A DNA stretch of 32,954 nt, from NCBI GenBank assembly GCA_016213235.1, contig JACRBE010000044.1, positions 1 to 32,954 on the forward strand. Direction: 5' to 3'. The first letter of the stretch is position 1, and each line of letters opens with the position of its first letter. Below, piece by piece: positions 16,875 through 26,743 of the stretch. The notes beneath the pieces were generated by a model. The model was not told the DNA's origin and made no database searches. It saw only the letters and a program-made list of their open reading frames with translations. This stretch comes from Chlamydiales bacterium (lineage in GTDB: Bacteria > Chlamydiota > Chlamydiia > Chlamydiales > JACRBE01). The translations under genes were made by a program, and so were the position numbers.

Positions 16875-18977
16875 ATGGCTAGGCCGGCATTAAAAGATGA
16901 TAGATTCATTCAAGAGGCTATTGATCAGCTGACTAAAATTGCAGATATTAATATCGATGAATTAATCGAACATCCAGGGCAAATAAAAGAACGTGTATGG
17001 GTTGATATAAAAGATCCTGTTACATTTACAACCACCATAAAACGAACCTTTCAGGTTATACATAAGTATTTAAAAGATGTTTATGCACTGGATGAAGTTA
17101 AGATAAAAGACAATCTGGTTCGCAAGGGTGTTTTAGCAATGATGTCGCTTGCAGGCGAAGCTGCAGAAAAAATCGATGAAATTAATAGTTTTTTTCATAA
17201 GGAAATTACAGCAAGTGTCAAGGAATCTAAAGAGTTTAAAGATTTGCAGGAGTTTTACCATAAAAAACTACATATAAGATTTCAAAAAGCGCTGCAGGAA
17301 CATGAAACATGGGTAGAAGAATGGGCTGGTGAACAAGAAGATGTTTTAGATATCAAAAGACTTGGATTAAAAGATTTAGAGACAGTAAAAAAAGATTGGG
17401 AATATGAGCTGTTTTACTTAAAAAAAGAGGATGGAAGAGCTTTTTTTACACCTAACTTGTTAAAACATATTCGACTGGTAACTGATTTTGACAAGCTAAT
17501 TAGTGCAGAGTCTTTAGAAGATCCCTTTATATCCGTTGCTCTTATTACAGATAAAAGTGCATCTCTTAGGTCCTATTACATCAAACAATCCTGCTTAGGG
17601 CTTATCAATAGCTTTTATAGAGGATACAAACAACATCAAAAAGAAGAACTTGCACAAGAGCTTTCTAAAGCGCTCATGGCTCTTTTTCTTGCTGCAAATG
17701 AGCAAAACAGGTTAGAAGTAACGCCTCGTAAAAATAGCATGAAATATTTGCATGATTTTCTTTTCTTTATACGCAGTTGTCTGCAACATTCTGATTATCA
17801 TCTTTTAATGGAGCATCCTCCACTACCAGAAAATTTTGGACATAAGGTCCTACAACTAATCCATGTTTGTTGTTACTTTTTTTACCACGCTCCACGAGAA
17901 AGAACAAGATCAGAGCAGTATATCATGGCCCTATTAGTAAATGCAAAAAGCAGTAAAGAGGGTCTTTGGAACCAGTTAATTGATCATTATGACCATATCG
18001 AAAATATGCTGAAACATCATCCAAGCGGCCCGCTTTTAAAGGCGATTGACTATTTTAAAGAGGGGGATCACCCATCATTTAATCCGAACTTACTAGAAAA
18101 CTACCCGGAAAAAGCGTTCAGCTTATCTTTTCAGGATCACAAGATAGATTGTTTAAAGCTGCCATCTCCCACTCATCAAGAGTTTATTCAAACAGCATCG
18201 CCTGCAGTAGAGTTCATGGGATGTTTGCAATATATGGCATCTCAGGAAGAAAAAAACAGGTTGCTTATGTTTAATTTACAAGACAGAACATCCTGGAAAG
18301 AATATGCAAGATCAAAGTGTCTTGAAGATCTCCAATATGATGGAAGATATAAAGATGTTTTGTGTGTCGTTTCTATTCCTAAACATACGGATTTTTATAA
18401 ACAGCTGGGTGATTACATAGAAGGAAGCGAAACTCACTCCTTTATACAGTCTATTTATGATCATTTAGAGAGCCATGAAGCATGTGGTTTTTATTTTCCA
18501 AAACAACTATCAACAACAGAGATACTTCAGTTTAGTAAGAAAATCATACCATGGATTCATACATCCTTTTTCTATAAAGCAGATATTATCACAAGACAAA
18601 ATAGGCTCGATTTTATTGAGATTTTCTTTCAATTTTTGATATTGAAGATCATTGAAAGGCTAAAACCTAACGAGTTTTCGTTTACTTGTAAAGATTGGAT
18701 CGATGTAGGATCTGTGCAAACAGCGACATTTTATGCTTTCTTACAATTAATATCAGGAAAGATAGATGACGATACCATAGCGGAAATGGAAAACATCTGT
18801 TTCTTACCGGCTCTATGCATGAGAGAGAGATTAGTAGACCAGGGGAGATTTTATCGTATGGTAGGAGCTCTTTCCCAAATGCAGCAGGCGATCATCAAAG
18901 ATAAAAAGATTATAGAAGAGGTTTTTCATATGTTTGCAACTCTGTTAAAAACCTTAAAAATACGGAGAAGTAATTAA
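16875..18977 (+). CDS. Conserved Chlamydiota-type hypothetical protein
   Basis: 700-aa ORF with a GAGGA RBS and an upstream TATAAT (16837-16842). Motifs HPSGPL, LPSPTHQ, NLQDRTSWKEYARS, RLDFIEIF and FTCKDWIDVG. Confidence 0.7.
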   Translation: MARPALKDDRFIQEAIDQLTKIADINIDELIEHPGQIKERVWVDIKDPVTFTTTIKRTFQVIHKYLKDVYALDEVKIKDNLVRKGVLAMMSLAGEAAEKIDEINSFFHKEITASVKESKEFKDLQEFYHKKLHIRFQKALQEHETWVEEWAGEQEDVLDIKRLGLKDLETVKKDWEYELFYLKKEDGRAFFTPNLLKHIRLVTDFDKLISAESLEDPFISVALITDKSASLRSYYIKQSCLGLINSFYRGYKQHQKEELAQELSKALMALFLAANEQNRLEVTPRKNSMKYLHDFLFFIRSCLQHSDYHLLMEHPPLPENFGHKVLQLIHVCCYFFYHAPRERTRSEQYIMALLVNAKSSKEGLWNQLIDHYDHIENMLKHHPSGPLLKAIDYFKEGDHPSFNPNLLENYPEKAFSLSFQDHKIDCLKLPSPTHQEFIQTASPAVEFMGCLQYMASQEEKNRLLMFNLQDRTSWKEYARSKCLEDLQYDGRYKDVLCVVSIPKHTDFYKQLGDYIEGSETHSFIQSIYDHLESHEACGFYFPKQLSTTEILQFSKKIIPWIHTSFFYKADIITRQNRLDFIEIFFQFLILKIIERLKPNEFSFTCKDWIDVGSVQTATFYAFLQLISGKIDDDTIAEMENICFLPALCMRERLVDQGRFYRMVGALSQMQQAIIKDKKIIEEVFHMFATLLKTLKIRRSN

Positions 18978-19077
18978 TCAGATCTGGTAGATGAAAACGT
19001 CGAGGCAGCATCTTGCCAAGCTAACTGAACTTGGGTCAATGGCTTGATAATGATTGGAGTAAAATGGAAGGAAAGCT

Positions 19078-19647
19078 CTAGTTGAGATTTAAATCATCGG
19101 GAAGCATCGATAAAGAGGCGTATTTCCCTCCCATTTCTCTCAGTAAAGATTGCCAGAGTTTTTCCGGCTCTTTGAAAAATACTTGATTTGCTTTTGCAGG
19201 GTGAATAAACCAGTCACCAAGAGATACTTCCTGGTCTAATTGACCAGCAAGCCATCCTGTGTATCCAAGACATAAGATAAGATGGGGTGGGGTCTCATGA
19301 TTGAGTGATGTTTGCAAAAAATCCATATCCCCACCTAAAAAAACATTATCCGTTATTTCCAGCGTTTGATCTGGTATCGAGTTTGATGAGTGTAGTAGCA
19401 TCATTTGGTTAGGCTGCATAGGGCCTCCAATTCGCATTTCGAGTTCATTAATCGGTAGTTCTGACAGCTCGCTTGGATCTTCATCAATATGAATAGGTTT
19501 ATTGATGATAATACCAAAAGATCCCGCAGAGGAGTGCTCGCAAATTAAAATGACACTGCGCTTAAAAATCATTTGGTTATTATCAGGAGATGCGATTAAA
19601 AACATTCCTTTGCCAACTTCATTTTTTTGATTGATGCTCATGGACAC
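19078..19647 (-). CDS. yqgE: YqgE/AlgH (UPF0301) family protein
   Basis: LIASP, FKRSVILICEH, GSFGIIINKP, IGGPM, and LGYTGWLAGQLDQE..GDW. Confidence 0.92.
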   Translation of the reverse strand: MSMSINQKNEVGKGMFLIASPDNNQMIFKRSVILICEHSSAGSFGIIINKPIHIDEDPSELSELPINELEMRIGGPMQPNQMMLLHSSNSIPDQTLEITDNVFLGGDMDFLQTSLNHETPPHLILCLGYTGWLAGQLDQEVSLGDWFIHPAKANQVFFKEPEKLWQSLLREMGGKYASLSMLPDDLNLN

Positions 19648-20849
19648 TCCTGTTTGGACATTTCTGTTAATTGTTGATTATATAATTTTAGACTCTCTGA
19701 TAGTTCATTGACTTTTCTTAGTAGGGTTGCAAAGTCATCGTGAAAGGCCGGATTTTTAAATACGATTTCACTATCTTTGCTAGCTTGCGCTTTTTCAATT
19801 AACGTAGACAATCTGCTCATCGCAGTATTAATCGTATCTACTTGTGTTTCGAAATAGCTTTTAAAGCTTTGTGGAGTCCTAATGGAATTAAGTAAATTGG
19901 CTTGCTCTACTCTAGTGCGTTGCCATTGTTTATTGTAATTGAAGAGGAGTCCATATTGATTAACATCATTCATCAGAGTGTCGACTTTAGAAAAAAGAGC
20001 ATTCACTTTCAAATACATGTCATCGCTTGTTACGAGTTTGCCAATCGTTCCTGTACCATTTGCAATGTCTTTGGAAGCAATATCAATAGAGTGGCTGAGA
20101 GATTCAAAGTTAGATACTGTTTTAGATAAATTAGGAAAGAAATTATCCCTTTTCATCTGTTCAACACCCGTATCTACATTAGCGAGTATACTCGAAAAAT
20201 GAGAGGTAGACTCTTTTATATCATCCACCAGTTTTTTATCATTTACATCTTTCATTGTGACAGAAATTTGATCCATTGCGCTTGCAAATGAAGATATAGC
20301 AAAAGAGAGGGAGTCTTTATTTTGGTCAAACCAGACAAGAAGATGTTCGATTGCTTCATCCATATTTTCTGCTAAATCAGATAGTTCATTCATCGCATTT
20401 TGCAAAGGATCGGTCGATACTCCATAAACAGGTGTTTTTGCTGTGACCAGTTTTGGTTTTACTCCTTTAGGTGGCGCTTTTGGAATGACACCAATTGATT
20501 TTTCTCCAAGCAGTCCAGAGGTTTGAACGGTGATTTCATCCGTATTATATACTTGAACAGAAGAATCTACATGTAAAATAAGTTGGTAAAAATAGACATT
20601 TCCTGCATGGTCAATGGGTTGTTGTCTTGCATGGGGGATGGTTTCAATAGCAGAGACTTCTCCTACAGCTTTTCCTGCAAAAAGGACTCTAGTCCCCACA
20701 GAAATACCATTGATATTAGCAAACCTAACAATAATGATTTGTTTCCCATCTCCAACACTTGGTTCAATAAATAAAATCATCCCAATAATGAGAGCACAAG
20801 CTGATATGACGAAAAAACCAATCATCATGTTTTTAATTTGATCTGTCAT
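19638..20849 (-). CDS. mlaD: MlaD/MCE family lipid-transport protein with a long helical C-terminal extension
   Basis: N-terminal TM helix, FANINGISVGTRVLFAGKAVGEV, TSGLLGEKSI and GTIGKLV; located in an operon with mlaE and mlaF. Confidence 0.88.
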   Translation of the reverse strand: MTDQIKNMMIGFFVISACALIIGMILFIEPSVGDGKQIIIVRFANINGISVGTRVLFAGKAVGEVSAIETIPHARQQPIDHAGNVYFYQLILHVDSSVQVYNTDEITVQTSGLLGEKSIGVIPKAPPKGVKPKLVTAKTPVYGVSTDPLQNAMNELSDLAENMDEAIEHLLVWFDQNKDSLSFAISSFASAMDQISVTMKDVNDKKLVDDIKESTSHFSSILANVDTGVEQMKRDNFFPNLSKTVSNFESLSHSIDIASKDIANGTGTIGKLVTSDDMYLKVNALFSKVDTLMNDVNQYGLLFNYNKQWQRTRVEQANLLNSIRTPQSFKSYFETQVDTINTAMSRLSTLIEKAQASKDSEIVFKNPAFHDDFATLLRKVNELSESLKLYNQQLTEMSKQECP

Positions 20850-21621
20850 CCCTAAATCTCCTTATTGCCCTAGGATCTTGTTCTACGATTCTACGTAATG
20901 CTTCAATCGTAGGATGTTTTATTTCCATAAAAGGCTCTGGCTTGTCTATGTAGGCTATTTTCCCATCTTCTACAAGTGCCAGGCGATCTCCAACGTAAAG
21001 CGCTGATATGGGATCATGTGTAACAACGATGCTGGTTGCATTCAGCTCTTCTTGTGTTTTTACAATAAGCTCATTAATTTGCATAGAAATAATTGGGTCA
21101 AGACCTGTAGTTGGTTCATCATATAAAAGGTAGGTGGGGCGATACACAATTAACCTTGCAAGGCCGGCTCTTTTTTTCATTCCACCAGATAAGTCAGAAG
21201 GCATTTTTTTCTCTTCGCCACTTAAACCAACCAGCTCTAGAGCATGCTCTACTCTCTCTTTAATTTCAGCTTTAGTATATCTTTTTCCCGTTTGTACATT
21301 GCCATGTTGTTTTAGATAAAAAGCAACATTTTCCTCAATGTTCATCGAGTCAAACAGTGCAGCCCCCTGAAAGAGCATGCCCATGTTCATGATCGCCTGG
21401 TATAGCTCGGTGCCGCCTAAACTTGTAATACAAATTCCATCTACGATGACACTTCCTGCATCTGGTTTGCTAATTCCAATGATGTGTTTGAGCAAAACGC
21501 TTTTACCAACGCCAGATTTCCCAAGTACCACAATAGTCTCCCCAGATTCTATCTTAAGATCTAGGTGATTCATCACCTTGTTATCTCCAAAAGCCTTGCA
21601 TAAATCTTTTATTTCAATCAT
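20833..21621 (-). CDS. mlaF: MlaF/Mkl family ABC ATPase
   Basis: Walker A GKSGVGKS, GMLFQGAALFDSM, LSGGMKKR and YDEPTTGLDP. Confidence 0.92.
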   Translation of the reverse strand: MIEIKDLCKAFGDNKVMNHLDLKIESGETIVVLGKSGVGKSVLLKHIIGISKPDAGSVIVDGICITSLGGTELYQAIMNMGMLFQGAALFDSMNIEENVAFYLKQHGNVQTGKRYTKAEIKERVEHALELVGLSGEEKKMPSDLSGGMKKRAGLARLIVYRPTYLLYDEPTTGLDPIISMQINELIVKTQEELNATSIVVTHDPISALYVGDRLALVEDGKIAYIDKPEPFMEIKHPTIEALRRIVEQDPRAIRRFRDDRSN

Positions 21622-22406
21622 AGCAAGTACCTTTCAATTTGCGCCCGGATAGTGTTAAGACCAACAGTAATTAGGAAGTTGGTAAATAAAATACAGGTGT
21701 AACAGATCACAACGGAATTGGTAGTAGATCGACCCACTCCTTGCGCTCCGCCCTCTGTTTTCATTCCCTTATAACAACAAATGGTTACAATAATAACAGC
21801 AAATACAAAGGCTTTAACCACGCTGATAAAAAAGTCAAAAGGAGTCAGATAGATAGGGAGCGGTTCAAAATAGGAAGTGGGAGCCATTCTAAAAAAGTAG
21901 ACAGAGAGTAAATAACCGCCAAAGATACCCATCAAGATACTGAAAATAGTAAGAAGTGGCATCATGATGATACCCGATAAAAAACGGGGGGCAATTAAAT
22001 AGCGATTAGGATTCACCGACATCGATTTTAATGCATCAATCTGTTCTGTTACCTTCATCGTACCAAGTTCTGCGCACATAGCAGCACCTACGCGTCCTGT
22101 TACCATGAATGCAGTCAAGATAGGGCCGAGCTCCGTAATCATCGCTTTGCTTACCATGATACCGGTAGCGCTTTCTAGCCCTTTATCGCTTAATTGATAA
22201 AACGATTGTGCAGCAAGTACAAGACCTGTAGAAAATCCGGTAAGTGCTACCACTGGAAGGGAGAGTACCCCGATTTCGTAAAGTTGATCGCGAATTTGTG
22301 ACCAACCAGGAGGTCTTCTTAGCGAAGCTAAAATAACATCCCAGATTAAAGTAACATATTCACCAATCGATGCAACAAATTTAAAGCGAGTGAGTAAATA
22401 TTCCAT
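21618..22406 (-). CDS. mlaE: MlaE family ABC permease
   Basis: ELGPILTA, GRVGAAMCAELGTMKVTEQIDAL and GGAQGVGRSTTNSVV. Confidence 0.93.
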   Translation of the reverse strand: MEYLLTRFKFVASIGEYVTLIWDVILASLRRPPGWSQIRDQLYEIGVLSLPVVALTGFSTGLVLAAQSFYQLSDKGLESATGIMVSKAMITELGPILTAFMVTGRVGAAMCAELGTMKVTEQIDALKSMSVNPNRYLIAPRFLSGIIMMPLLTIFSILMGIFGGYLLSVYFFRMAPTSYFEPLPIYLTPFDFFISVVKAFVFAVIIVTICCYKGMKTEGGAQGVGRSTTNSVVICYTCILFTNFLITVGLNTIRAQIERYLL

Positions 22407-22457
22407 ATCCTTTCCCTTTTATCTTTTTTGATTAATTTTTCAAAGAAAAAGGATATG
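22404..22457 (-). promoter_or_regulatory. Predicted 5'UTR hairpin covering the mlaE RBS and start codon
   Basis: In the mRNA, CAUAUCCUUUUUCUUU can pair with AAAGGGAAAGGAUAUG (16 bp, two G-U pairs). Confidence 0.45.
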
Positions 22458-22490
22458 TTTTGTGTTTTTTATGCGACTTACATGGAAAAT

Positions 22491-23231
22491 CTACCTTGCA
22501 GTAGCATCGCCTGTTTGTGCAAGTGAGCGCAATATGGAATCGAGCTGTTGCCAAAAAGCTTGCTGCGTTTGACTGGCTTGTGCAATATGATCACGATCTT
22601 GCCCCATCAAATTTTCTACTGTTTTGATTTCGTAGGCATTATCTCCTGAAATGTCACCATCTTCCAGCGTTCCGAAAAAGGTGCCAACGGATGGGAAAAC
22701 GTTGCTGATACCTTCCATGATTGCTTTACCAATATCACCAAAAGCAGGTGATGCTACTTTACAAAGCCCGCCAAGTGTTCCACCGGCTAAAGCAAACCAG
22801 GCTTTTTTTACATGAGATTCTTTTTGCGCACGGAAAGAATCTTCTTGAGCAGGTCTCATCTTTTGATACATATTAGAATTTTGCACGCGCAAAGTGGTTA
22901 GTATTTCATTTAATTTTTGCATCAGAGCGCAAATGGTAAATAGAGAGTTTGCAGCTTTTTGTGCTAGCTTTTGCACCTCTTGCTCTTCAATATCTTTTTC
23001 GCCGTCGGCAGATGATCGTTTTTCCCCTTTTACAAAATGGGATACCTCGTCTAAAAAACTGGAAGATGCTCCATGTTTTACAAGAATGTCTGCAAAAACA
23101 TCCAGTTCTGTATTTGCCTCACGACAAATAACATCAATTTGATCTCTTATTGATGATTCATCTACGCTAGCGATCTGATTAAGATCAGATCGCGTAATTG
23201 AAATAGGACGATCATAAGTTGTTGATATCAT
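22491..23231 (-). CDS. Putative type III secretion minor hydrophobic translocator (CopD/YopD-like)
   Basis: Last gene after a class II chaperone and a CopB-like gene. Has a coiled-coil region, one Gly/Ala-rich hydrophobic segment (WFALAGGTLGGLCKVA) and an amphipathic C-terminal helix. Confidence 0.65.
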   Translation of the reverse strand: MISTTYDRPISITRSDLNQIASVDESSIRDQIDVICREANTELDVFADILVKHGASSSFLDEVSHFVKGEKRSSADGEKDIEEQEVQKLAQKAANSLFTICALMQKLNEILTTLRVQNSNMYQKMRPAQEDSFRAQKESHVKKAWFALAGGTLGGLCKVASPAFGDIGKAIMEGISNVFPSVGTFFGTLEDGDISGDNAYEIKTVENLMGQDRDHIAQASQTQQAFWQQLDSILRSLAQTGDATAR

Positions 23232-23252
23232 ATTTTTTTCTCCTTAAGTTAT

Positions 23253-24176
23253 TTACCCGGCAATGCCTGCTCCGGCAAATCCCTGTGTTACAAATTTACC
23301 TAGTTCATTTTGATGCTGCGCAATTAAAGCAGCGATTTTTTCTGTTTCTTCAAAGCTTTTTACTGCGCTTGTAACAGCTTTGCCCTCTTTTTCCAAATCA
23401 GATCGAAACAGAGATAGTCGCCCTTCAATATCAGATTGTTTTGCATCTAGCATTGACATTTTATAGTGCTGATAAGCAATTCCCATCTCTGTTACCCCTT
23501 GGCCTACATTAACTAAAGAAGAGGCGATGGTTGCGACAAGTTTAGGTAGTTGATTTGCAATAGTTGCAAAGCTTGCAATACCAGCGCCAATACCAAGTGC
23601 AGCACTTGTAAGGGCAAGAGCTCCAACAACGGTGGGATTTACCCCGACTTCACCAAGAACAAAAGCGGAAATGCCCGCAACTCCCGATGCGATAAGGAGT
23701 CCGCCTGCAATAGAGCCGGCTCCTGTTGCAATCAACGCTCCCCCAATAACAATAGAGACAGTAGATAAAATACAAGTTGCTACCTGTTGTAAAAAATCCC
23801 AAAAAGTAGATTCTTTCTTCTCTTCCATTTGTTCCAGTCTCAGCTCTGTTGCTTTTTTATTTTCCATAATGACTTGATTTACCGTGTACTCATAAAAACC
23901 CTGCTTTTCTTTTAAAGAAAATTGCTGGATGTTTGTGAGTTGATCGACGAGTCCTTTTAGCAATTTTCCCATGTTGAGTTTTTGCATCTCTTCCTCATAT
24001 AATGCAGGAGGAGTAAGCTCTATTTTATCCGGCTGATGCTTTGCTAACATGAACCTACTATCTTGTGCTATAGATAGAGAAGAACTAAAATGGGAAGATC
24101 TAAAACCGTCGCCCTTTTCCATAGGTACATATGTTGTAGAAAAATCAGGCATGAAAGGCTGCTCTATTTTAGTCAT
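23253..24176 (-). CDS. Putative type III secretion major hydrophobic translocator (CopB/YopB-like)
   Basis: Overlaps the lcrH-like gene. Has a chaperone-binding-like IELTPP motif, a coiled coil, a long Gly/Ala-rich hydrophobic region (aa ~130-225) and a C-terminal coiled coil. Confidence 0.75.
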   Translation of the reverse strand: MTKIEQPFMPDFSTTYVPMEKGDGFRSSHFSSSLSIAQDSRFMLAKHQPDKIELTPPALYEEEMQKLNMGKLLKGLVDQLTNIQQFSLKEKQGFYEYTVNQVIMENKKATELRLEQMEEKKESTFWDFLQQVATCILSTVSIVIGGALIATGAGSIAGGLLIASGVAGISAFVLGEVGVNPTVVGALALTSAALGIGAGIASFATIANQLPKLVATIASSLVNVGQGVTEMGIAYQHYKMSMLDAKQSDIEGRLSLFRSDLEKEGKAVTSAVKSFEETEKIAALIAQHQNELGKFVTQGFAGAGIAG

Positions 24177-24639
24177 GTTTCCCTCCCCAAATATGAAGCA
24201 AACTATTAATTTTGGTTTTTAAGGATTCCGTTGCCGCCTGATAGCGCTCTTGTGCCATACGTAGCGCCTTTACTGCCTCTTTTGGCTCATTTAACGAAAT
24301 CAAACATTCTGCTGCATAATAATGTGGCTGTGGATCATTTGGCAGCAAAAGCGCTGACATGCTCCAGCTGGTCAAGGCCTCTTTATATAGATGTTGCATT
24401 TGAAGCGCAGCACCAAGTCCCATCCAATGTTTTGCATCATATGGTTTTGTTTGTATTAATTTTCTAAATAATTGCTCTGCTTGTGGTAGATCTCCCATAT
24501 TATACAAACTATAGGCAAGAGAATAAAGCGTCATGCAATCATTATCAGAGCAAGTTTCCTTGCCTTGCAGGCTCTCTTGATTAACAACACGCTGCCCAAT
24601 TATTTCTAGCGCTTTTTCTATTTCCTTTTCAGAAATCAT
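24169..24639 (-). CDS. lcrH: SycD/LcrH class II type III secretion chaperone (TPR)
   Basis: LYSLAYSLYNMG, HWMGLGAALQ and PNDPQPHYYAAECL; 156 aa. Confidence 0.9.
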   Translation of the reverse strand: MISEKEIEKALEIIGQRVVNQESLQGKETCSDNDCMTLYSLAYSLYNMGDLPQAEQLFRKLIQTKPYDAKHWMGLGAALQMQHLYKEALTSWSMSALLLPNDPQPHYYAAECLISLNEPKEAVKALRMAQERYQAATESLKTKINSLLHIWGGKHD

Positions 24640-24645
24640 CGCTAC

Positions 24646-25176
24646 CTACTTGCTATCTGTTTTTTTGATCCAATACCCGGTAGACTCACGTATAGATTTC
24701 CCAATTTGGACGAGTATCTCTACAATCTGTTTTTGAGCCATGGTCATCGTTTCAAATTCTCCCATGCTTGTCTGTATGCTACCTTGACGTTTGGTCTCTA
24801 AATTTCTGAGTTTTGTTTCTGTCCACTCGAGTTCTTTTTTCGAAACATGGGAAAGATCATTACTAGCAGGGAAAGGGTTTTCTTCTTCTTTAATCAGTCC
24901 CGGATATAAATAGGCGCATTTATTCCACACCTCTCTAAACTCTGCGATATCACTTTCTAAGTGACGCAGATCAACATGGTCTCCATCTTGCTCTTCTTTT
25001 GCTTTCCTAATTTCGCTTAAAACATTTAAGATAATATATAAATCGCAAGAGATGTCATCGATAGAGCTTGTTGCTTTTTCTGTTTTTTGTAAAAAAAACT
25101 GGTCCTGTAGCATAGCGAGTCCTGCTGACTCTCTACCAGGATGAACATGAAAATCTGGATCTCTAGTTATAGACAT
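24646..25176 (-). CDS. Hydrophilic helical protein, first gene of the translocator operon (possible tip/hydrophilic translocator)
   Basis: Ends 6 nt before lcrH and has a long C-terminal amphipathic coiled-coil helix. The function is inferred from position only. Confidence 0.5.
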   Translation of the reverse strand: MSITRDPDFHVHPGRESAGLAMLQDQFFLQKTEKATSSIDDISCDLYIILNVLSEIRKAKEEQDGDHVDLRHLESDIAEFREVWNKCAYLYPGLIKEEENPFPASNDLSHVSKKELEWTETKLRNLETKRQGSIQTSMGEFETMTMAQKQIVEILVQIGKSIRESTGYWIKKTDSK

Positions 25177-25199
25177 AAAATACCCCGTTATTAACCTAG

Positions 25200-25228
25200 A
25201 GGATATTGCCCAGTAACATAAAAAGCAA
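25200..25228 (-). promoter_or_regulatory. sigma70/sigma66-type promoter of the translocator operon
   Basis: TTGCTT-N17-TATCCT on the minus strand. Confidence 0.45.
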
Positions 25229-25376
25229 GGTTTTTAATTATTTTTAATTAAGTCTGTCTGTTTTTGTTTTGTTTTAATAATAAACTTAAATTTTTATTTT
25301 ACACGAACTGATAAATAACATATCTTTCTATTGGTATTTCATTATAATTTCGACAAAAAACATAGGAGATTCATTA

Positions 25377-26720
25377 ATGGGATCAATTAATTTGGTTAGG
25401 TTTCCTCACCCTTCATCTTGTTGTGATAGTTTATTGGGAGCGACTAGTGATTATTTTTGTCTTGATGGAAAGATAGCGGAAGTGGTGGAGAGCATTGACC
25501 CGGTAACAAAATGTTATTCCGTGCGCCAGATCGATAAAACAGCTTCCATGTCAATGATAATAACAGCGTGTAAAATCATCTCCTATATAACTATAGTTCT
25601 TCCTCTCATTGTATTTGCAGCACACCTTATATTAAAATCGATGTATGATTTTTCACTAGTCACTACTGATTCTCCACGGGATAATGTTAATCCTGTAGAG
25701 ACGGAAACGGTAGAGGATGATGGATTTTCTGTAGAGGCAGAGAGTGATAGTGATCCTGTAGAGGATGATTCACTTTCTGTAAGGATGAGCGTGTCGGATG
25801 GTGAGCTTTTAAATGGAGTAAAGAAATCATCCGATCCTGCAAGAAAGGTTTTATCGGGAGAGAATTTTGTAGATGCTTTAAAAAAAGCAGAACTTCAAGG
25901 GGTTGATGCGATGTTGCATTTAATAGAGAGTGTGGAGCTTTCCGCTCAAGATCATGATGAAATGCTCAAACAATTAGAGGGCGATGGAGTAGCCCCCGAA
26001 GTAATAGGACAGATTTCAAACGATGCTGCTAAGGTGGCGCTAAGATGGTTTATAGGATATGGCCATGTTGATGCAGTAAAAAAAGTACTTGAAAAAATAG
26101 ATCTTTCAACAGTCATAAAAGCTTCGGATTTATTAGTTCTAGTGGCGGGACGTTTAGAGGGTGAAGTTCTAACATCGTTACTTGAACGGGTAGATTATAA
26201 TACAATGAGCGACCTGTCCTTCGCAATACGTAAAGCTATGACCATTTACTTAATCATTTCCCCATCTGTCCCTAACTCAGATCAACAACAGAAAGATAGA
26301 ATAGCATTAAAAAAAAGCGGATGTCTTGATGTTTTAACAATATTATTTAAAAAATTAAAGATAGGTGCAACCTGTCCCTTCTTGTATCGGGACGAGTTGG
26401 CAAGAGTGACAGATAAACCGTCGAGAGTGGTAGGGGAGCTGTCTATAGGGGATCTTGGCTGGATGGTAGTCGAGACCTTGGATCTTGATATTATCCAATT
26501 AACGTTTGAAAAGATAAAAGAGTTGGCTGACGATGACGACGATTACAATCAAGTAGTCGATAATGCAATTATGCGTGCAGAAGAGCGTATCCTCAGAGTA
26601 GAGCAGCGCTTCCGCAAAATGCAAGAGCGTGGCCACATGGTAGAAGAGCGCGACCGCATGGCGCTAGAGGACAGCTACAGAGAGGTTATTGCTCTTTTAC
26701 AGACACTTCGCGCAGAATAA
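25377..26720 (+). CDS. DUF648-like N-terminal domain protein with an acidic linker and degenerate ankyrin-like helical repeats; candidate effector
   Basis: DYFCLDGKIAEVV and CKIISYITIVLPLIVFAAHLILK match the chlamydial DUF648 pattern as recalled. ALRWFIGYGHVDAVKKVLE is ankyrin-like. AGGAG RBS present. Confidence 0.65.
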   Translation: MGSINLVRFPHPSSCCDSLLGATSDYFCLDGKIAEVVESIDPVTKCYSVRQIDKTASMSMIITACKIISYITIVLPLIVFAAHLILKSMYDFSLVTTDSPRDNVNPVETETVEDDGFSVEAESDSDPVEDDSLSVRMSVSDGELLNGVKKSSDPARKVLSGENFVDALKKAELQGVDAMLHLIESVELSAQDHDEMLKQLEGDGVAPEVIGQISNDAAKVALRWFIGYGHVDAVKKVLEKIDLSTVIKASDLLVLVAGRLEGEVLTSLLERVDYNTMSDLSFAIRKAMTIYLIISPSVPNSDQQQKDRIALKKSGCLDVLTILFKKLKIGATCPFLYRDELARVTDKPSRVVGELSIGDLGWMVVETLDLDIIQLTFEKIKELADDDDDYNQVVDNAIMRAEERILRVEQRFRKMQERGHMVEERDRMALEDSYREVIALLQTLRAE

Positions 26721-26743
26721 AAACATCTTTTGAATCATATCAG

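Noticed and set aside
18978..19077. Possible structured RNA between the convergent 700-aa gene and yqgE
   Set aside because: Only 4-5 bp stems (GGCA/TGCC, CCAAG/CTTGG) are present, with no tRNA or known RNA family features.
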